A stretch of DNA of 64,000 nucleotides from Chrysomallon squamiferum (Eukaryota; Animalia; Mollusca). The notes under the pieces were generated by a model. That model worked only from the letters and a program-made list of their open reading frames with translations, ran no database searches and was not told the DNA's origin. A program made the translations under genes and the position numbers. Location: assembly GCA_012295275.1 (NCBI GenBank), contig CM022673.1:12338001-12402000 (forward strand), read 5' to 3'. Shown here piece by piece: positions 15,411-31,620 of this stretch (position 1 is the stretch's first letter; each line of letters starts with the position of its first letter).

Positions 15411-15551
15411 TCACTGTCTGTCTCATTCTCTCTTTGTATTTCTCCCCTTCACATTCACATAATAATACAAGTGAAAATTCATAATTATTAACAATTATTT
15501 TTAGAGTAAAATAAGGCAAAATGAAATTAAAATATTAAAACAAACGAAACA

Positions 15552-15582
<31 letters not shown>

Positions 15583-16224
15583 AAAAAAAAACAAAGCAAG
15601 CTGAAATAAATTAAAATAAATTAAAATAACATGAAATAAACTAGAATACTTACAGTGTATATCAAAATATTATCTTCTCTTCTACAATCTTTCTTAATGA
15701 CCCTTCACTATCTTGTGATGATATTTATTAGATGTTTTGCTTTCTTTCTTTCTACTTTTAACCATGGAATAGCCGCTGGTCATTCATTAAATGAGCTGGA
15801 TTAAAACTTGATTAATTGATTTGGAAAAACAAACAAACATGCGTTGTGGGTATTAGTCATTACAAAAAGACACAGGAAGTTTTGTGGAAGTAAATATGTT
15901 ATTCGTGTAAAGAGGAGTCAATTAGATTTTAAGAATGTCATTTTCTTAAAGCGTGAGTTTTATTTTTATTATTTAAGTTTATCCTGAATTAAACCAGTCA
16001 TGTGAATGATATGATTCTCTTTCTCGATTTTGTATTAATAAATACAATTTTAAAAAGAAATTTAAGAAATATGTTATTTCTTCTGGCTGTTATTGTCATG
16101 ATCTGCTTGTTTTTGTTGTTTGTTAGTTTCGCACTTTTATTATGTTATAGGTGAAAATAATACACTTTATTTTCTCTCTCTCTTAGCGGTTTTCCTAATT
16201 GTTACATAATATCGTAGATTAACA

Positions 16225-16356
<132 letters not shown>

Positions 16357-16890
16357 AGCTTGTGCGTATCTGCTACCTTTTTTTGTTTTGTTTTTTCATT
16401 TCATTTCATTTTACTTTATTTTATTTTACTTTAACAATAATTGTTTATATGTTTTTTCAGTCGATGAAAAAGGTAAGACATTAATTTAATACTAAGTATC
16501 AAAGTAACAATTACTTCAGTATTTCTGTGTTTTTTTTGACATTCAGCTTCAGTCGCTTTGTTACTATTGCTTTTTGTTTTGTTTTTATAGTAGCAGTAGC
16601 TGCAGTAGTAGTAATAGTAGAGTTGTAGTAGCTGTTGTTAATGTATTATTGTTACTGTTGTTTTTGTTGCGTTGCTTACAATACTCTTTTTCTAATAATA
16701 ATAATAACATTAATAAATGCGTGCATGTAGGTATGTATGTATGTGTTTATGTGTATTTATGTGTATGGATGGATGGATGGATGAGTATGGTTCAAAAACA
16801 AACAAACAAATCTAGAGTGAACAATATGACAAACACTGTTAAATAAATTCAGGAAGATTTTTATTACAAGTGTAAACATAAATACAAAAA

Positions 16891-16944
<54 letters not shown>

Positions 16945-17001
16945 CAAAATATACTGAAAGAAGCATATAATAAATAAAATTAAAATATTTTTAATTTAAG
17001 T

Positions 17002-17293
17002 TTATCGCCGTTTTCGGTCCCATCCGTCTCTGTCTCCACCCCACATTCCTCCCCCCATTCCGTATCCACCCATACCCATCATGGGATAACCACCGTACAT
17101 TCCACCATAGCCATATCCCCCGGGATAACCCATTCCACCATATCCCATCATTCCTCCCATCATTCCTCCGTATCCCATCATTCCTCCGTATCCCATCATT
17201 CCACGATAACCATCATCATCACCCCAGTCATCACGATCACCCCAGCCATCACGATCCCCCCAGCCGTCACCTGAAAATAAATGAAAGCATTAA

Positions 17294-17329
<36 letters not shown>

Positions 17330-17368
17330 AGCATCAGTAAATACATGATACATATAAGACAGACTGAT

Positions 17369-17466
<98 letters not shown>

Positions 17467-17696
17467 CAGTTAACTCATTTCTTACCAGTTATTTAGCGGT
17501 GAGAAATCTTTAGTTTAAATCACAAGACTAATTATTATGAAACTTTAATTACATACAAGCACAGTTTGTGAAAGTAGGAAAATCGCTAATTGAAATTAAT
17601 AGCCAGGTTTAAAGAAAGAAAGAAAGAAATAGGCTTACCCAGTGAGCAGGCGATCACAGCAAAGAAAATAAAGCACGTCAAAGTTATGCAAGACAT
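17002..17696 (-). CDS. Gly/Met/Tyr-rich secreted peptide, array copy 1 (108 aa); exons 17696-17639 and 17270-17002
   Basis: MSCITLTCFIFFAVIACSLG|DGWGDRDGWGDRDDWGDDDGYRGMMGYGG...WGGDRDGWDRKRR*. Donor GTAAGC, acceptor CAG at 17271-17273, AATAAA near 16860. Confidence 0.9.
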
Positions 17697-18026
17697 GACG
17701 TCACAGTAAAATATCCGAATCAATCAAAGAGCAAGGAAGCTGAATAAGAATAATATTTATTATTAAATTTAACTTTCTAAATAAATTGATTAATTAATTC
17801 ATAAAAAAAAAATAATAGCAATAATAATTAAATATATAAAATTAAAATTTAAAGATGTGCTACTAATAATAACAACACTGCAACTATACTAATAACAAAC
17901 CTAGAAACATTTAAATACACACACATAAATAAAAACAAATATATTAATTTAATTATATACTGTAAATTAACAGAATGTTGAAATCGTTTCCTTTTCGATA
18001 ATTATTATTATTATTTTTTATTATTA

Positions 18027-18118
<92 letters not shown>

Positions 18119-18350
18119 CATTATTATCATCATTATTATTATTATTATTATTATTTTAAATATCTAAACAATTAGTTAAACACTAAAAAATTAACTTTAT
18201 AAATAACAAATAATTTATCGAAATAAACTGTAATTTTGTTCAGGTCTCTAAAGTATAGAAATTTATCTACTCATCATATCTTGCCTGTATTAATAATATG
18301 CATATATTCTTTCTGAGAATTATTAAAATAAACAAGTAAAATCTACTCAC

Positions 18351-18600
18351 CAAGTTTACAACTGTTCTAACAGTGAAAGACTGTTGCTGTACTTACCACT
18401 TACAAAATCTCACGTATTTATACAACATTTTAAATCTTTGTTTTTATGTGCACATTGCCCGAAGAGTACTAAACACAAATATTATTGTTATTGATTAATG
18501 AGCTGATAAATAAACATAAGTCGTAAACAAAAATAAAGAGTAATTAAAATTTAAACTATTTCGTCTTTTTAACAATTTCCGTGTGTGTCATCGTTACTAA
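18351..18600 (-). promoter_or_regulatory. Non-coding exon 1 and TATA promoter of copy 1; the block is conserved in all seven copies
   Basis: Donor GTGAGT at 18350-18345 and TATAAATA at 18422-18415. Homologous TATA boxes at 22462-22469, 26131-26138, 30688-30695, 36969-36976, 42119-42126 and 46645-46652. Confidence 0.75.
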
Positions 18601-18939
18601 AAATATCTCTGATGCGATTTACTGGAGGGTTCGCCCAATGCAGGGTTCTTATCCTATTTTTTTTTTTTTTTTTTTTAATTATTATTTTGTTTCCCTCCTA
18701 TTCTCTTATGTTGAAAATTAATCTATTATACCTCTATCTTTAATTGAAATAATATTTTTTTTCATTAAATTTACTTCTGTTGTGTTGTTGACAAGGTGCC
18801 AAAAAAACAATGCATTTGTTACAGTTGTGATAAGAAATACATTGTTATATTTTTGATAAGAAATACATTTGTTACAGTTGTGATAAGAAATACATTGTTA
18901 CGTAGAGCGCGTGATAACGAATATTGTAGACTGCTCTGT

Positions 18940-20830
18940 TTTTGTGTGTGTGCGTCTTTACCTTTCTGCATGTGTGTATGTTGGGTGTATGCTGTGTGTA
19001 TTTGTATGTGTGTGTATGTTGTGTGTATTGTATGTGTGTGTATGTTGTGTGTATTTGTATGTGTGTGTATTTGTTGTGTGTATTTGTATGTGTGTGTATG
19101 TTGTTTGTATCTATATGTGTGTGTATGTTGTGTGTATGTGTGTGTATGTTGTATGTATTTGTATGTGTGTATGTTGTGATTATTTGTATATGTGTATATG
19201 TTATATGTGTTTGTGTGTATGTGTTTATGTTGTGTGTGTGTATGTGGATGTGTATGTTTGTGTGTATGTGTACATTATATATGTGTGTTGTGTTGGCGTA
19301 TGTATGTTGGTGATGTGTGTATTTGTATGCTTGTGTTTTATTTCTACATTGTATGTATATATGTATTTGTTTTATGTCTTTGTGTGTATATATGTGTATA
19401 TGTTGTATTGTACGGGTGCGTTTTGTGTGTGTTGTGTGCTTTTTATGTGTATATGTATGTATATACGTCTGTTTATCTCTTTCTGTGTGTATGTGTTTGT
19501 GTTGTGTATTTCTGTGTATATGTGTGCAAATCTGTTTGTCCGTGTGTCTGTCTGTGTATATCTCCGTTTCAGTGAGTGTCTTTTGTATGTCTGTATATAT
19601 GTCTGTAAGTGCATACGTGTGTATATGTGTATATAAATCTATATATGTATCTATTTGTGAATATATGTATTCATATATCTGTTTGTCCATATGTCTGTCA
19701 GTGTATCTGTTCGTTTCTTTCTGTGTCTTTTGTGCATCCGAATACCGCATATTTATCGACGTTATTAATTCTTTATCTTTAAAAAAAAAAAAATTAATTA
19801 TTTATTTATTTATATTTTTTTTTATGCTTAAATTTATTTATTTATTTATTTATTTATTATTATTAATATTATTATTATTATTGTTGTTGTTGTTGTTGTT
19901 GTTGTTTTTTAGGTTGTTGTTGTTTATGCTGTTATCATTTTTTGATAAATCATTTCTTGCCAGATTCAGTTATTTAGAAACAAATAAATCTTTAAAGACT
20001 GACAGCTGGAGCTCCAGTTAGATGTTACCTGTTATTAAAATACTAATAAGATTTAAGAATCCTTTGTTAGTAATTTTATTAAGGATATCTGGAATATTGC
20101 ATATTTAACTTCTCTATTTATATATCTATTTTTTTTTTCTGTGTGACAATTACATTCCAAATAAAAAACTACTACTACTACTACTACTACTACTGCTGCT
20201 GCAGCTGCTGCTTTTACTATTATCACTACTACTAATAATAATAGTTTTAATAATAATTACGATGACGAAGACAGGTGACGAAACTGCTCGGCCTTCAAGA
20301 TGTATGTGTATATATATATGTGTATATGTGTGTAAGTGTGTGTGTGTGTATGTGTGTGTATGTGTGTGTGCGTGTGTGTATGTGCGCGTGTGTTTATGTG
20401 TGTGCGCGTGTATATGTGTGTGAATGTGTGTGTGTATATGTGTGTGTGTATGTGTGTGTGCGTGTGTCTATATGTGTATATATTATGCACGTATGCATGT
20501 ATGCATATATGTATGTGTGAATGTATGTATGTTTGTACGTATGCATGTATGTGTGTATGTATGTGTGTACGTATGTGTGTATGTATGTGTGTACGTATGT
20601 GTGTATATATGTGTATGTATGTATGTAAGTTTTATATGCTTGTATGTATATATGTTTATGTATGTATGTACATATGTGTTGTGTATAGTTACATGTGTGT
20701 GTGTGTATTTGTGTTTGTATGTGTGTGTGTATCCAAGTAAATAAGTATCCAGACAGATTGGAATGTGTGTGTGTGTGTGTGTGTTAAAATGTGTGTGTGT
20801 GTGTATGTGTGTTTGTATGTGTGTGTGTAT
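18940..20830. repeat. Degenerate TG/TA-rich low-complexity spacer
   Basis: Cryptic (TG)/(TATG) repeats that give Cys/Val/Met or His/Thr pseudo-ORFs in all frames. Confidence 0.8.
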
Positions 20831-21089
20831 CCAATTAAATACGTGAAGACAAATGAATGTGTATATATGTTGCTGTTAAAAATAGGTAAAAAATCTAATT
20901 AAAAAAAATAAATGAATATATATATAAAAAAAGTAATAATACAAAATCATAAATAAAAATAAATAAATAAGTAAATAAATAAATAAAGTCGAGAGTGAAC
21001 AATATTACAAACACAGAAACATAATATCAAAACAACGTATTATGAATAAATAAATAAATATATTACTCATGGATAATAATAGTAATAGC

Positions 21090-21131
<42 letters not shown>

Positions 21132-21271
21132 CATAATAATAATAATAATAATTGTTACAGTAATACAAACAAACAAACAAATCTAGAGTGAACAACATGA
21201 CAAACACTGTTAAATAAATTCAAAAAGATTTTTATTACAATTGTAAACATAATAAATACATAAACATTTTT

Positions 21272-21315
<44 letters not shown>

Positions 21316-21382
21316 TGACAATCGTAAAAATAAATAAAATAAAAATATTTTTAATTTATGTTTATCGTCGTTTTCGGTCCCA

Positions 21383-22066
<684 letters not shown>

Positions 22067-23099
22067 GACGTCACAGCAAAATAAGCAAATCAGTCGATCA
22101 GCAAGGAAGCTGAATATTAATAATAGTTATTATTAAGTAAATAAATAAATTAATTAATAATAATAAAAGTAATATTTAAATATATAAAAATATATTTTAC
22201 AATGATAATAATAATTTCAGAAACTCATATGAATTGATACTCATATAAAATACAATTAAACATTAAAAAAGTAATTTATCGATTTAAGCAATAATTTTGT
22301 TCAGTGTTCTAAACTATATAAATTTATCTACTTTTTTTTTTTAATTTAATTATTCTTTCTGAGAATTATTAGAAATAAACAAGTAAAATCTACTCACCAA
22401 GTTTACAACTGATCTAACAGTGAAAGACTGTTGCTGTACTTACCACTTACAAAATCTCACGTATTTATACAACATTTTAAATCTTTGTTTTTATGTGCAC
22501 ATTGCCGGAAGAATACAAAACACAAATATTGTTGCTATTGATTAATTAGCTGATAAATAAACAAAAGTCGTAAACAAAAATAAAGAGTAATTAAAATTTA
22601 AACTATTTCGTCTTTATGACAATTTCCGTGTTTGTCATCGTTACTAAAAATAACTCTGATGACGAATGCGACTATCCCAGGGCTCCATATCCCATTTCTT
22701 CTCTTCTTCTTCCTTTGTTTTTCCCATTCTGCTTTGTTGAAAAGTAATCCATTATTCCCCCAACTTTAATTGAAAAGAGAAGTTTTTCATTACAATTACT
22801 TGTGTTAGGTTCTTTACAAGGTGGCAAATAACAATGTACTGTTACATTTCTGATATGAAATACATTGTTACGTAGTGATAAGGAATATTGTAAACTGCTC
22901 TGTGTCTGTGCGTGTCTTTGCGTGTATGTATGTGTGCGCAGTTTGTATGTATGTGTATATGTGTGCGTTGTATATTTTTGTATATGTCTATTGTTAGTGT
23001 GAGTTAGTGTGTATATGTATGTTTATGCGTATGTATGTGTCTTCATTGTATGATGATTCGTCTGTTCATGTATGTTGTTTCTGATTTGAATATTCTTTG

Positions 23100-23281
23100 T
23101 CTTATGTACGTCCGAATAAACTCTGCACACAGACAATATTCGGGAACGCACTGGCGCAGGAGGACAAAGTCCAATCACGACCTCACAAAACCCGTCAGAT
23201 GCCGTTGATGAGACTCGAACGTATGGCACCCATTCGCCCGCACTCCGAAGGCGGACGATGTTACCGTTCGGCCATAAGAGA
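23100..23281 (-). mobile_element. tRNA-derived SINE copy
   Basis: Minus strand reads A box TGGCCGAACGG and B-box-like GTTCGAGTCTC. The ~180 bp sequence recurs about ten times in the window. Confidence 0.65.
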
Positions 23282-23671
23282 TCCTTAAAAGGGTTGCTCA
23301 ATAACCGAGGGTAATCATCGCTTCCCACGAAGCACGCCGTTCTTTTGTCTTTCGTCATTCTTGTGTCCATCTATTTTTTTGTGGGAAACCTGGCACTGGC
23401 AAGTATGTAGTTTAGGACTTTGTCTTTCTGTGTATATGTGTGTATGTGTGTATGTGTGTATATGTGTGTATGTGTGTATGAGTGTGTGCGTTGTGTAAAT
23501 GTGAGGTGTGTGAGTTGTATGCATCCTGTGAGTGTTGTATATGTGTGAGTTTGTGTATATGTATGAATATATGTGTGTGTCTTTGCTGGTGTATTTCTTT
23601 GTCTTTCTGTGTGCGTGTTTGTGTTGTGTAATAGTATGTGAATATGTGTGTGTAAGTGTGTGTGTGTATAC

Positions 23672-23720
<49 letters not shown>

Positions 23721-23734
23721 TGTGTCTGTGTGCG

Positions 23735-23995
23735 AATGTGTTGAAGAGTTAGAGGAACATATAAAGAATGTCTGCAATCTTGATACAATGGAGATGCTGA
23801 TCGGAGTTGAAGAGGAATGCTTGAAGAGGTGGGCAATGTGTCTCGAAAAAGTAGGCACACACGTTGAAGTCTACGGAGCCTAAAAAAAAAAAAAAAAAAA
23901 AAAAAGAAGAGGGATTATTTTTTCTTTATGGGACAAACTGTAGCAGTCTATAGAAAGTTCACGAAAAAGTCATTTGTATGTACCAACATGGGTAT
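23735..23995 (+). mobile_element. Tc1/mariner-like transposase C-terminal remnant
   Basis: ECVEELEEHIKNVCNLDTMEMLIGVEEECLKRWAMCLEKVGTHVE resembles the EL..I.......ML..V.....R...C....G.H.E end of IS630/Tc1/mariner transposases. Recognised by eye. Confidence 0.5.
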
Positions 23996-24368
23996 CGAGA
24001 TAAAATATCAGGTTTTTTGTTATTTGTGTATGTATCATAGTGTGTATTGAGATAAAATATCAGATTGTTTCTTATTTGTGTGTATCAAGATGTGTATTTA
24101 GATACTATATCAGATTGTTTGTTATTTGTGTGTATCAAGGTGCGTACTGAGATAAAATATCAGATTGTTATTTGTGTGTATCAAGGTGGGTACTGAGATA
24201 AATTATCAGATTGTTTGTTTTTTGTGTGTATGAAGGTGCGTACTGAGATAAAATATCAGATTGTTATTTGTGTGTATCAAGATGTGTATTTAGATAATAT
24301 ATCAGATTGTTTGTTATTTGTGTGTATCAAGGTGCGTACTGAGGTAAATTATCAGATTGTTATTTGTG
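23995..24368. repeat. Minisatellite, ~46-50 bp unit, about 7-8 copies
   Basis: Recurring gagataaaatatcagattgtt(tg)ttatttgtgtgtatcaaggtgcgtact. Confidence 0.8.
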
Positions 24369-24914
24369 TGTGTGTGTGTGTGTGCGTGCGCGCGTATTTG
24401 TCTTATACATATATGTATGTATGTATGTGTGTATTTATGTATGTATGTACGTATGTATGTTTCAAGGTATGGATTAATGTATGTTTGTATGTATATATGT
24501 GTGTATATGTGTATCTGTATATTAATTGATTATAAGTAAACAAATATGTAAATAAAGTTTAAATCAAACAAAATGCAAAAGTGCTGAATAATAACAATAA
24601 AAATAAGATTATGAATGAATGAATTATATATTTAATTAAAAAAATTAATAGAGTAAAAAAGTAATAATAATAATAATAATAATAATATTAATTGTATCAG
24701 TAACAAAAATAAATAAATAAACAAAAAAACAAACAAACAAATCTAGACTGAACAATATGACAAACTCTGTTACGTAAATTCAAGAAGATTTTTATTGCAA
24801 GTGTAAACACAACAAATACATAAATATGTTTGTTTTTTATTTTTTTATTTACATTTTCAAAATGTAGTGACAATAATATATAATAAATAAAATAAAAATA
24901 TTTTTAATTTAAGT

Positions 24915-25640
<726 letters not shown>

Positions 25641-26904
25641 GACGTCACAGCAAATTATTCAAATCAGTCAATGAGCAAGGATGCTGAATAAGAATAATTA
25701 TTATAGTAAATAAATAAATAAATAAATAAAAAAAAAAAATAATAATAATAATAATTAAATACATAAAAATATATTTTATACTAATAATAGCACTTCTACA
25801 ATGATAATAATAATTTTAGAAACTGATTTGAAAAGATACTCATATAAAATACATATATTAATTAAAATAACTGTATGTCGAAATCGTCTACTTTTCGATA
25901 AGCTCATTTTGTTTTTTTCTAAACCTATAATTAAACACTAAAAAAGCAATTGATCGATTTAAGCAATAATTTTGTTCAGTCCTCTAAACTATATAAATTT
26001 ATCTAGTTTTTTATTTAATTATTCTTTGTGACAATTATTAAAAATAAACAAGTAAAATCTACTCACCAAGTTTACAACTGATCTAACAGTGAAAGACTGT
26101 TGCTGTACTTACCACTTACAAAATCTCACGTATTTATACAACATTTTAAATCTTTGTTTTTATGTGCACATTGCCGTAAGAACACAAAACACAAATATTG
26201 TTGCTATTGATTAATTAGCTGATAAATAAACAAAAGTCGTAAACAAAAATAAAGAGTAATTAAAATTTAAACTATTTCGTCTTTATGACAATTTCCGTCT
26301 GTGTGTCATCGTTACTAAAAATATCTCTGATGACGGATGCGACTATCCCTGGGCTCCATATCCCATTTCTTCTCTGCTTCTTCGTTTGTTTTTCCCATTC
26401 TGCTTTGTTGAAAATTGCTCCTGAATTCTCACGGTGCGAATAGACATTGCATTTATGATATGAAATACATTATTACGCAGCCGGGTAAGATATATTATAA
26501 ACCGCTTTCTTTGTATATGTGTGTGTGTGTGTATGTATGGGTATATGCACGTGTATGTTGTGCGTGTTTTGGGTACGTGTGTGATGAATGGATGTATGTA
26601 TCTATGTGTGTATGCTTTGTATGTGTGTATGGGTATATATGTATTGTGTGTGCTGTGTGTATTTTAGAACTGCGTGTACTAGTTGATATGTGTTTGTACA
26701 TGTATGTGAATGGTCTGCATTGTTCTTATGTTTTAGTGCGTATTTTTGTTGTGTTTAGTTATCTGTGCATTGTTTACGTATATGTGTATATGTGTGCATA
26801 TAAGAGTCTATGTATGTATATGTGTGTGTATGTATGTGTGTGTGTGTATGTGTGTTGTGTGTGTGTACATTTGGGTATATTTGTTTGTATATGTTTATAC
26901 AGGT

Positions 26905-27060
26905 GTCTAGATGGTATCGTCGTCGGAGTGCGGGTGAATGGGTGACACGTTCGAGCCTCTCAGCAGTCTGTTAGGTCGTGACTGGACATTGTCCCCCTGC
27001 GACAGAGCGTTCTCGAATGTTGTCTGAGTGCAGAGTCTATACAGACGTACATAAGACAGA
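26905..27060 (+). mobile_element. Degenerate SINE copy
   Basis: Similar to 33223-33407 (cggagtgcgggtgaatg...gttcgag...gtgcagagtct...agacgtacataagac). Confidence 0.5.
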
Positions 27061-27145
27061 GAATATTCAAATATTAAAGTATATAAGGGCATAGGTATGT
27101 ATATATGTGTATATGTGCGCGTATGCATGTATGTATGTATATGTA

Positions 27146-27193
<48 letters not shown>

Positions 27194-27209
27194 CATACAT
27201 ACATATATT

Positions 27210-27241
<32 letters not shown>

Positions 27242-28109
27242 CTCACACACACACATACAGAAAGACACTGAGAAAGAGGGAAGAAAACGAGAAAGAGCGT
27301 ATTGTGTGTGTGCTGTATCTACAATAAGCAGTTACTAAAAAAATAATAATAATAATGATAAATACAAAATTACGTACATACACGGTCAAAGGTCAGTGAT
27401 GTATAATGATGTATCATATTTATCTGACGTCAACGACAACAACCTTCACCTTTCCATAGTCACTTTGTCCTTACAGTGTCTTATTGTTTATCTTGAAGTT
27501 TAATGTAGGATCGATTTATCAGGATATAAAAGGTAAGTCTTGAATGTGTACTGAGACAAAATATTAGATTATTTACTATTTGTGTTTCTGAGGGATTTAC
27601 AAAACTGATTTCTGAATAAAACATTTTCCTTTAGTGTTTTCTGATTGTTGTTTTTTAATGTTGTTTTTTGTCTTTGTTTTTGTTTTCATTATAATTGTTG
27701 TTATTGTTGCCGTATTATCATTACTATTACTAATACTTCTAATACTACTACTATTACTACTGTTATATTACTAGTACTATTATTACGCTTATATTATTAT
27801 TATCATTATTATGACTGTTGTTGTTGTCGTTGTTATCATCGTCGTCGTTGTGGTGCTAGTGTTGTTGTTGTTGTTGTTATTTTTGTTGTCACTGGTGTTT
27901 TTTGTTGTTATTGTTGTTGTTGTTTTCGTTCATGCTGTTACTATCGTCATTGGTGTTGTCATTTTGTTATGAACCGATTCTTACTAGTTTCTGTTATTTA
28001 CAAACAAACAAATCCAGCTCTTTAACGTTTGACAACGCATCTTTTCCATTCACCCATCTGTTTTTCATCCGTGTAACAATTACATTCCAAACTAAAACAA
28101 CCTACTACA

Positions 28110-28190
<81 letters not shown>

Positions 28191-28304
28191 GACAAATGTA
28201 AACAAAATCGACATGAGCAATACACTTGCTTTGGATAGTTTGACATTTTTGTACCTGTATGTACCTGGGTGTGTATTTTAGGATTTTGAAAATCCTCTGT
28301 CATC

Positions 28305-28457
28305 TATGTCTGAATAGACTCTGCACACAAACAATACTCGGGAACGCACTGGCGCAGGAGGACAAAGTCTAATCACGACCTCACAAACCCGTCAGATGCC
28401 GCTGAAAGCCATTCATCCATGAATCAAAGCGGACGACTGTACCGCCCGGCTATCAAG
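28305..28457 (-). mobile_element. SINE copy with internal deletion
   Basis: gactctgcacac...gggaacgcactggcgcaggaggacaaagtc...ccgtcagatgccg matches 23100-23281. Confidence 0.6.
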
Positions 28458-28536
<79 letters not shown>

Positions 28537-28807
28537 CGTGTGTGTTATACATGTATGCATACATGTATGTATGTATGTATATATGTGCGTGTGTATGTAT
28601 GTACGTACGTATATATGTATGAAGGTATGGATTAATGTATGTTTGTATGTATTATATATGTGTGTATATTAATTAATTATAAGTAAACAAATATGTAAAT
28701 AAAGTCTAAATCAAACAAAAAGCAAAAGTGCTGAATAATAACAATAAAAACAAGATTACGAATGAATGAATTACATATTTAATTAAAAAAATTAATAAAG
28801 TAAAAAG

Positions 28808-28867
<60 letters not shown>

Positions 28868-29097
28868 TGTAACAGTAATAAAAATAAATAAACAAACAAA
28901 CAAACAAATCTAGACTGAACAATATGACAAACTCTGTTAAGTAAATTCAAGAAGATTTTTATTACATAATAATAAATTGTAAACATAATAAATACATAAA
29001 TATGTTTTTTTTTTTTGTTGTTGTTGTTTTTTTCCATTTTCAAAATGTAGTGACAATAATATATAATAAATAAAATAAAAATATTTTTTATTTAAGT

Positions 29098-29845
<748 letters not shown>

Positions 29846-29888
29846 GACGTCACAGCAAAATATTCAAATCAGTGAAAGACCAACAATG

Positions 29889-29951
<63 letters not shown>

Positions 29952-31302
29952 TAAATGAATAAAAGTAAAAATAAAGATATACTACTGATAATAATAACTG
30001 CTCGAAAAACATTTAAATAAACACACTTAAATAAAACAAAGGTATATCAGTTATATACTATTAATTAACTGCATGTTGAAATCGTTACAGTTTTCAAATA
30101 AATGTTTTTGTGTGTGTATTTATGTGTGTGTGTGTGTGTGTGTGTTTGTATGTATATATTAACTGGTTACTGTTTTAAAATATCAACTTTATCCTGCGAT
30201 AGCTTAGGACATTAACCAGTTATTTGTTTTATCTTGAAGCCCTAAATAATATAAAAACTAAATGAAAGTATATTTCTTAAATATTTATTCTTGACAGTAG
30301 TATTGATTTCGTTGTCTTTATAGTTTTTTAATAATACCATTTTATTTGTTAATTATTTGAATGAAAAGAGTTTTTATTTGTTTTTATTATTGTTGCTATT
30401 TTGTTTTGTTTGTTTCTTTCTTTCCGAAAACATATAAGCCAACAATTGAACACGAAAGCAGTAACTTTGTAAATCATAAGTAATTTATGAAATAATGTAT
30501 ATTTATCTAGTTATCACATCTATATTTATCTAGTTATCACATCTATATTTATAGTGATTTATATATATATATATATGTTTGCTTTCTGACAATTGTTCAA
30601 ATAAACAAGTAAAATCTACTCACCAAGTTTACAACTGATCTAACAGTGAAAGACTGTTGCTGTACTTACCACTTACAAAATCTCACGTATTTATACAACA
30701 TTTTAAATCTTTGTTTTTATGTGCACATTGCCGTAAGAATACAAAACACAAATATTGTTGCTATTGATTAATTAGCTGATAAATAAACACAAGTCGTAAA
30801 CAAAAATAAAGAGTAATTAAAATTTAAACTATTTCATGTTTATCGTCGTTACTAAAAATAACTATGATGCTATTTCTTTTCTTCTTCTTCCTTTGTTTTT
30901 TCCTATTCTGCTTTGTTGAAAATTATTCCATTATTCCCCGAACTTTAATTGAAAAAAGAAATGTATCATTACATTTACTTCTGTTATGTTGATTACAAGA
31001 TGACAAATAACAATGTATTGTTACATTTCTAATATGAAATACATTGTTATGTAGTGATAAGGAATATTGTAAACTGCTCTGTGTGTGTGCGTGTCTTTGC
31101 GTGTCTGTGTGTGTTTGTGTTGTATTTTATCAGTGCATTTTGTACATATCTATATGCATGTATTTATCTGCATTTACGTGTGTGTGTGCATTACCTATAT
31201 GTGCATGTGTGTATAAATGTGTGTATATATTATTATCATACACTCAATACACTCTCTTTCTTGCCTTTTTTTTTCTCTCTCTCTGTTTCTCTCAGTCTTT
31301 GC

Positions 31303-31382
<80 letters not shown>

Positions 31383-31452
31383 CATATATATGTATGTATG
31401 TATGTATGTATTTATGTATGTATATTTGTATATTTGTGTGTATATTTGTATG

Positions 31453-31620
31453 TAGGACTCTTGATGCCTTCAGAGTTCGGGTGAATGGATGTCAAACGTT
31501 CGAGTCTTGTCAGCGGCATCTGATGTTTGCGAAGTTGTGATTGGACTTTCTCCTCACGTTCCAGTACCTTCACGAACTGTCTAGGTGCAGAGTCTAATCA
31601 GACTTAAATAAGACAGAGAA
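31453..31620 (+). mobile_element. Degenerate SINE copy
   Basis: gccttcagagttcgggtgaatggatgtcaaacgttcgagtc...gtgcagagtctaatcagac. Confidence 0.55.

Noticed and set aside
18796-20744. Many CV/HT/YI-rich ORFs here and at 23.3-23.9, 26.4-27.3, 37.3-38.3, 42.5-43.3 and 47.0-47.4 kb
   Set aside because: These are dinucleotide-repeat translations with no splice or codon-bias support.
23995-24368. CRISPR-like regular repeats
   Set aside because: Head-to-tail units with no unique spacers, eukaryotic context and no cas genes.
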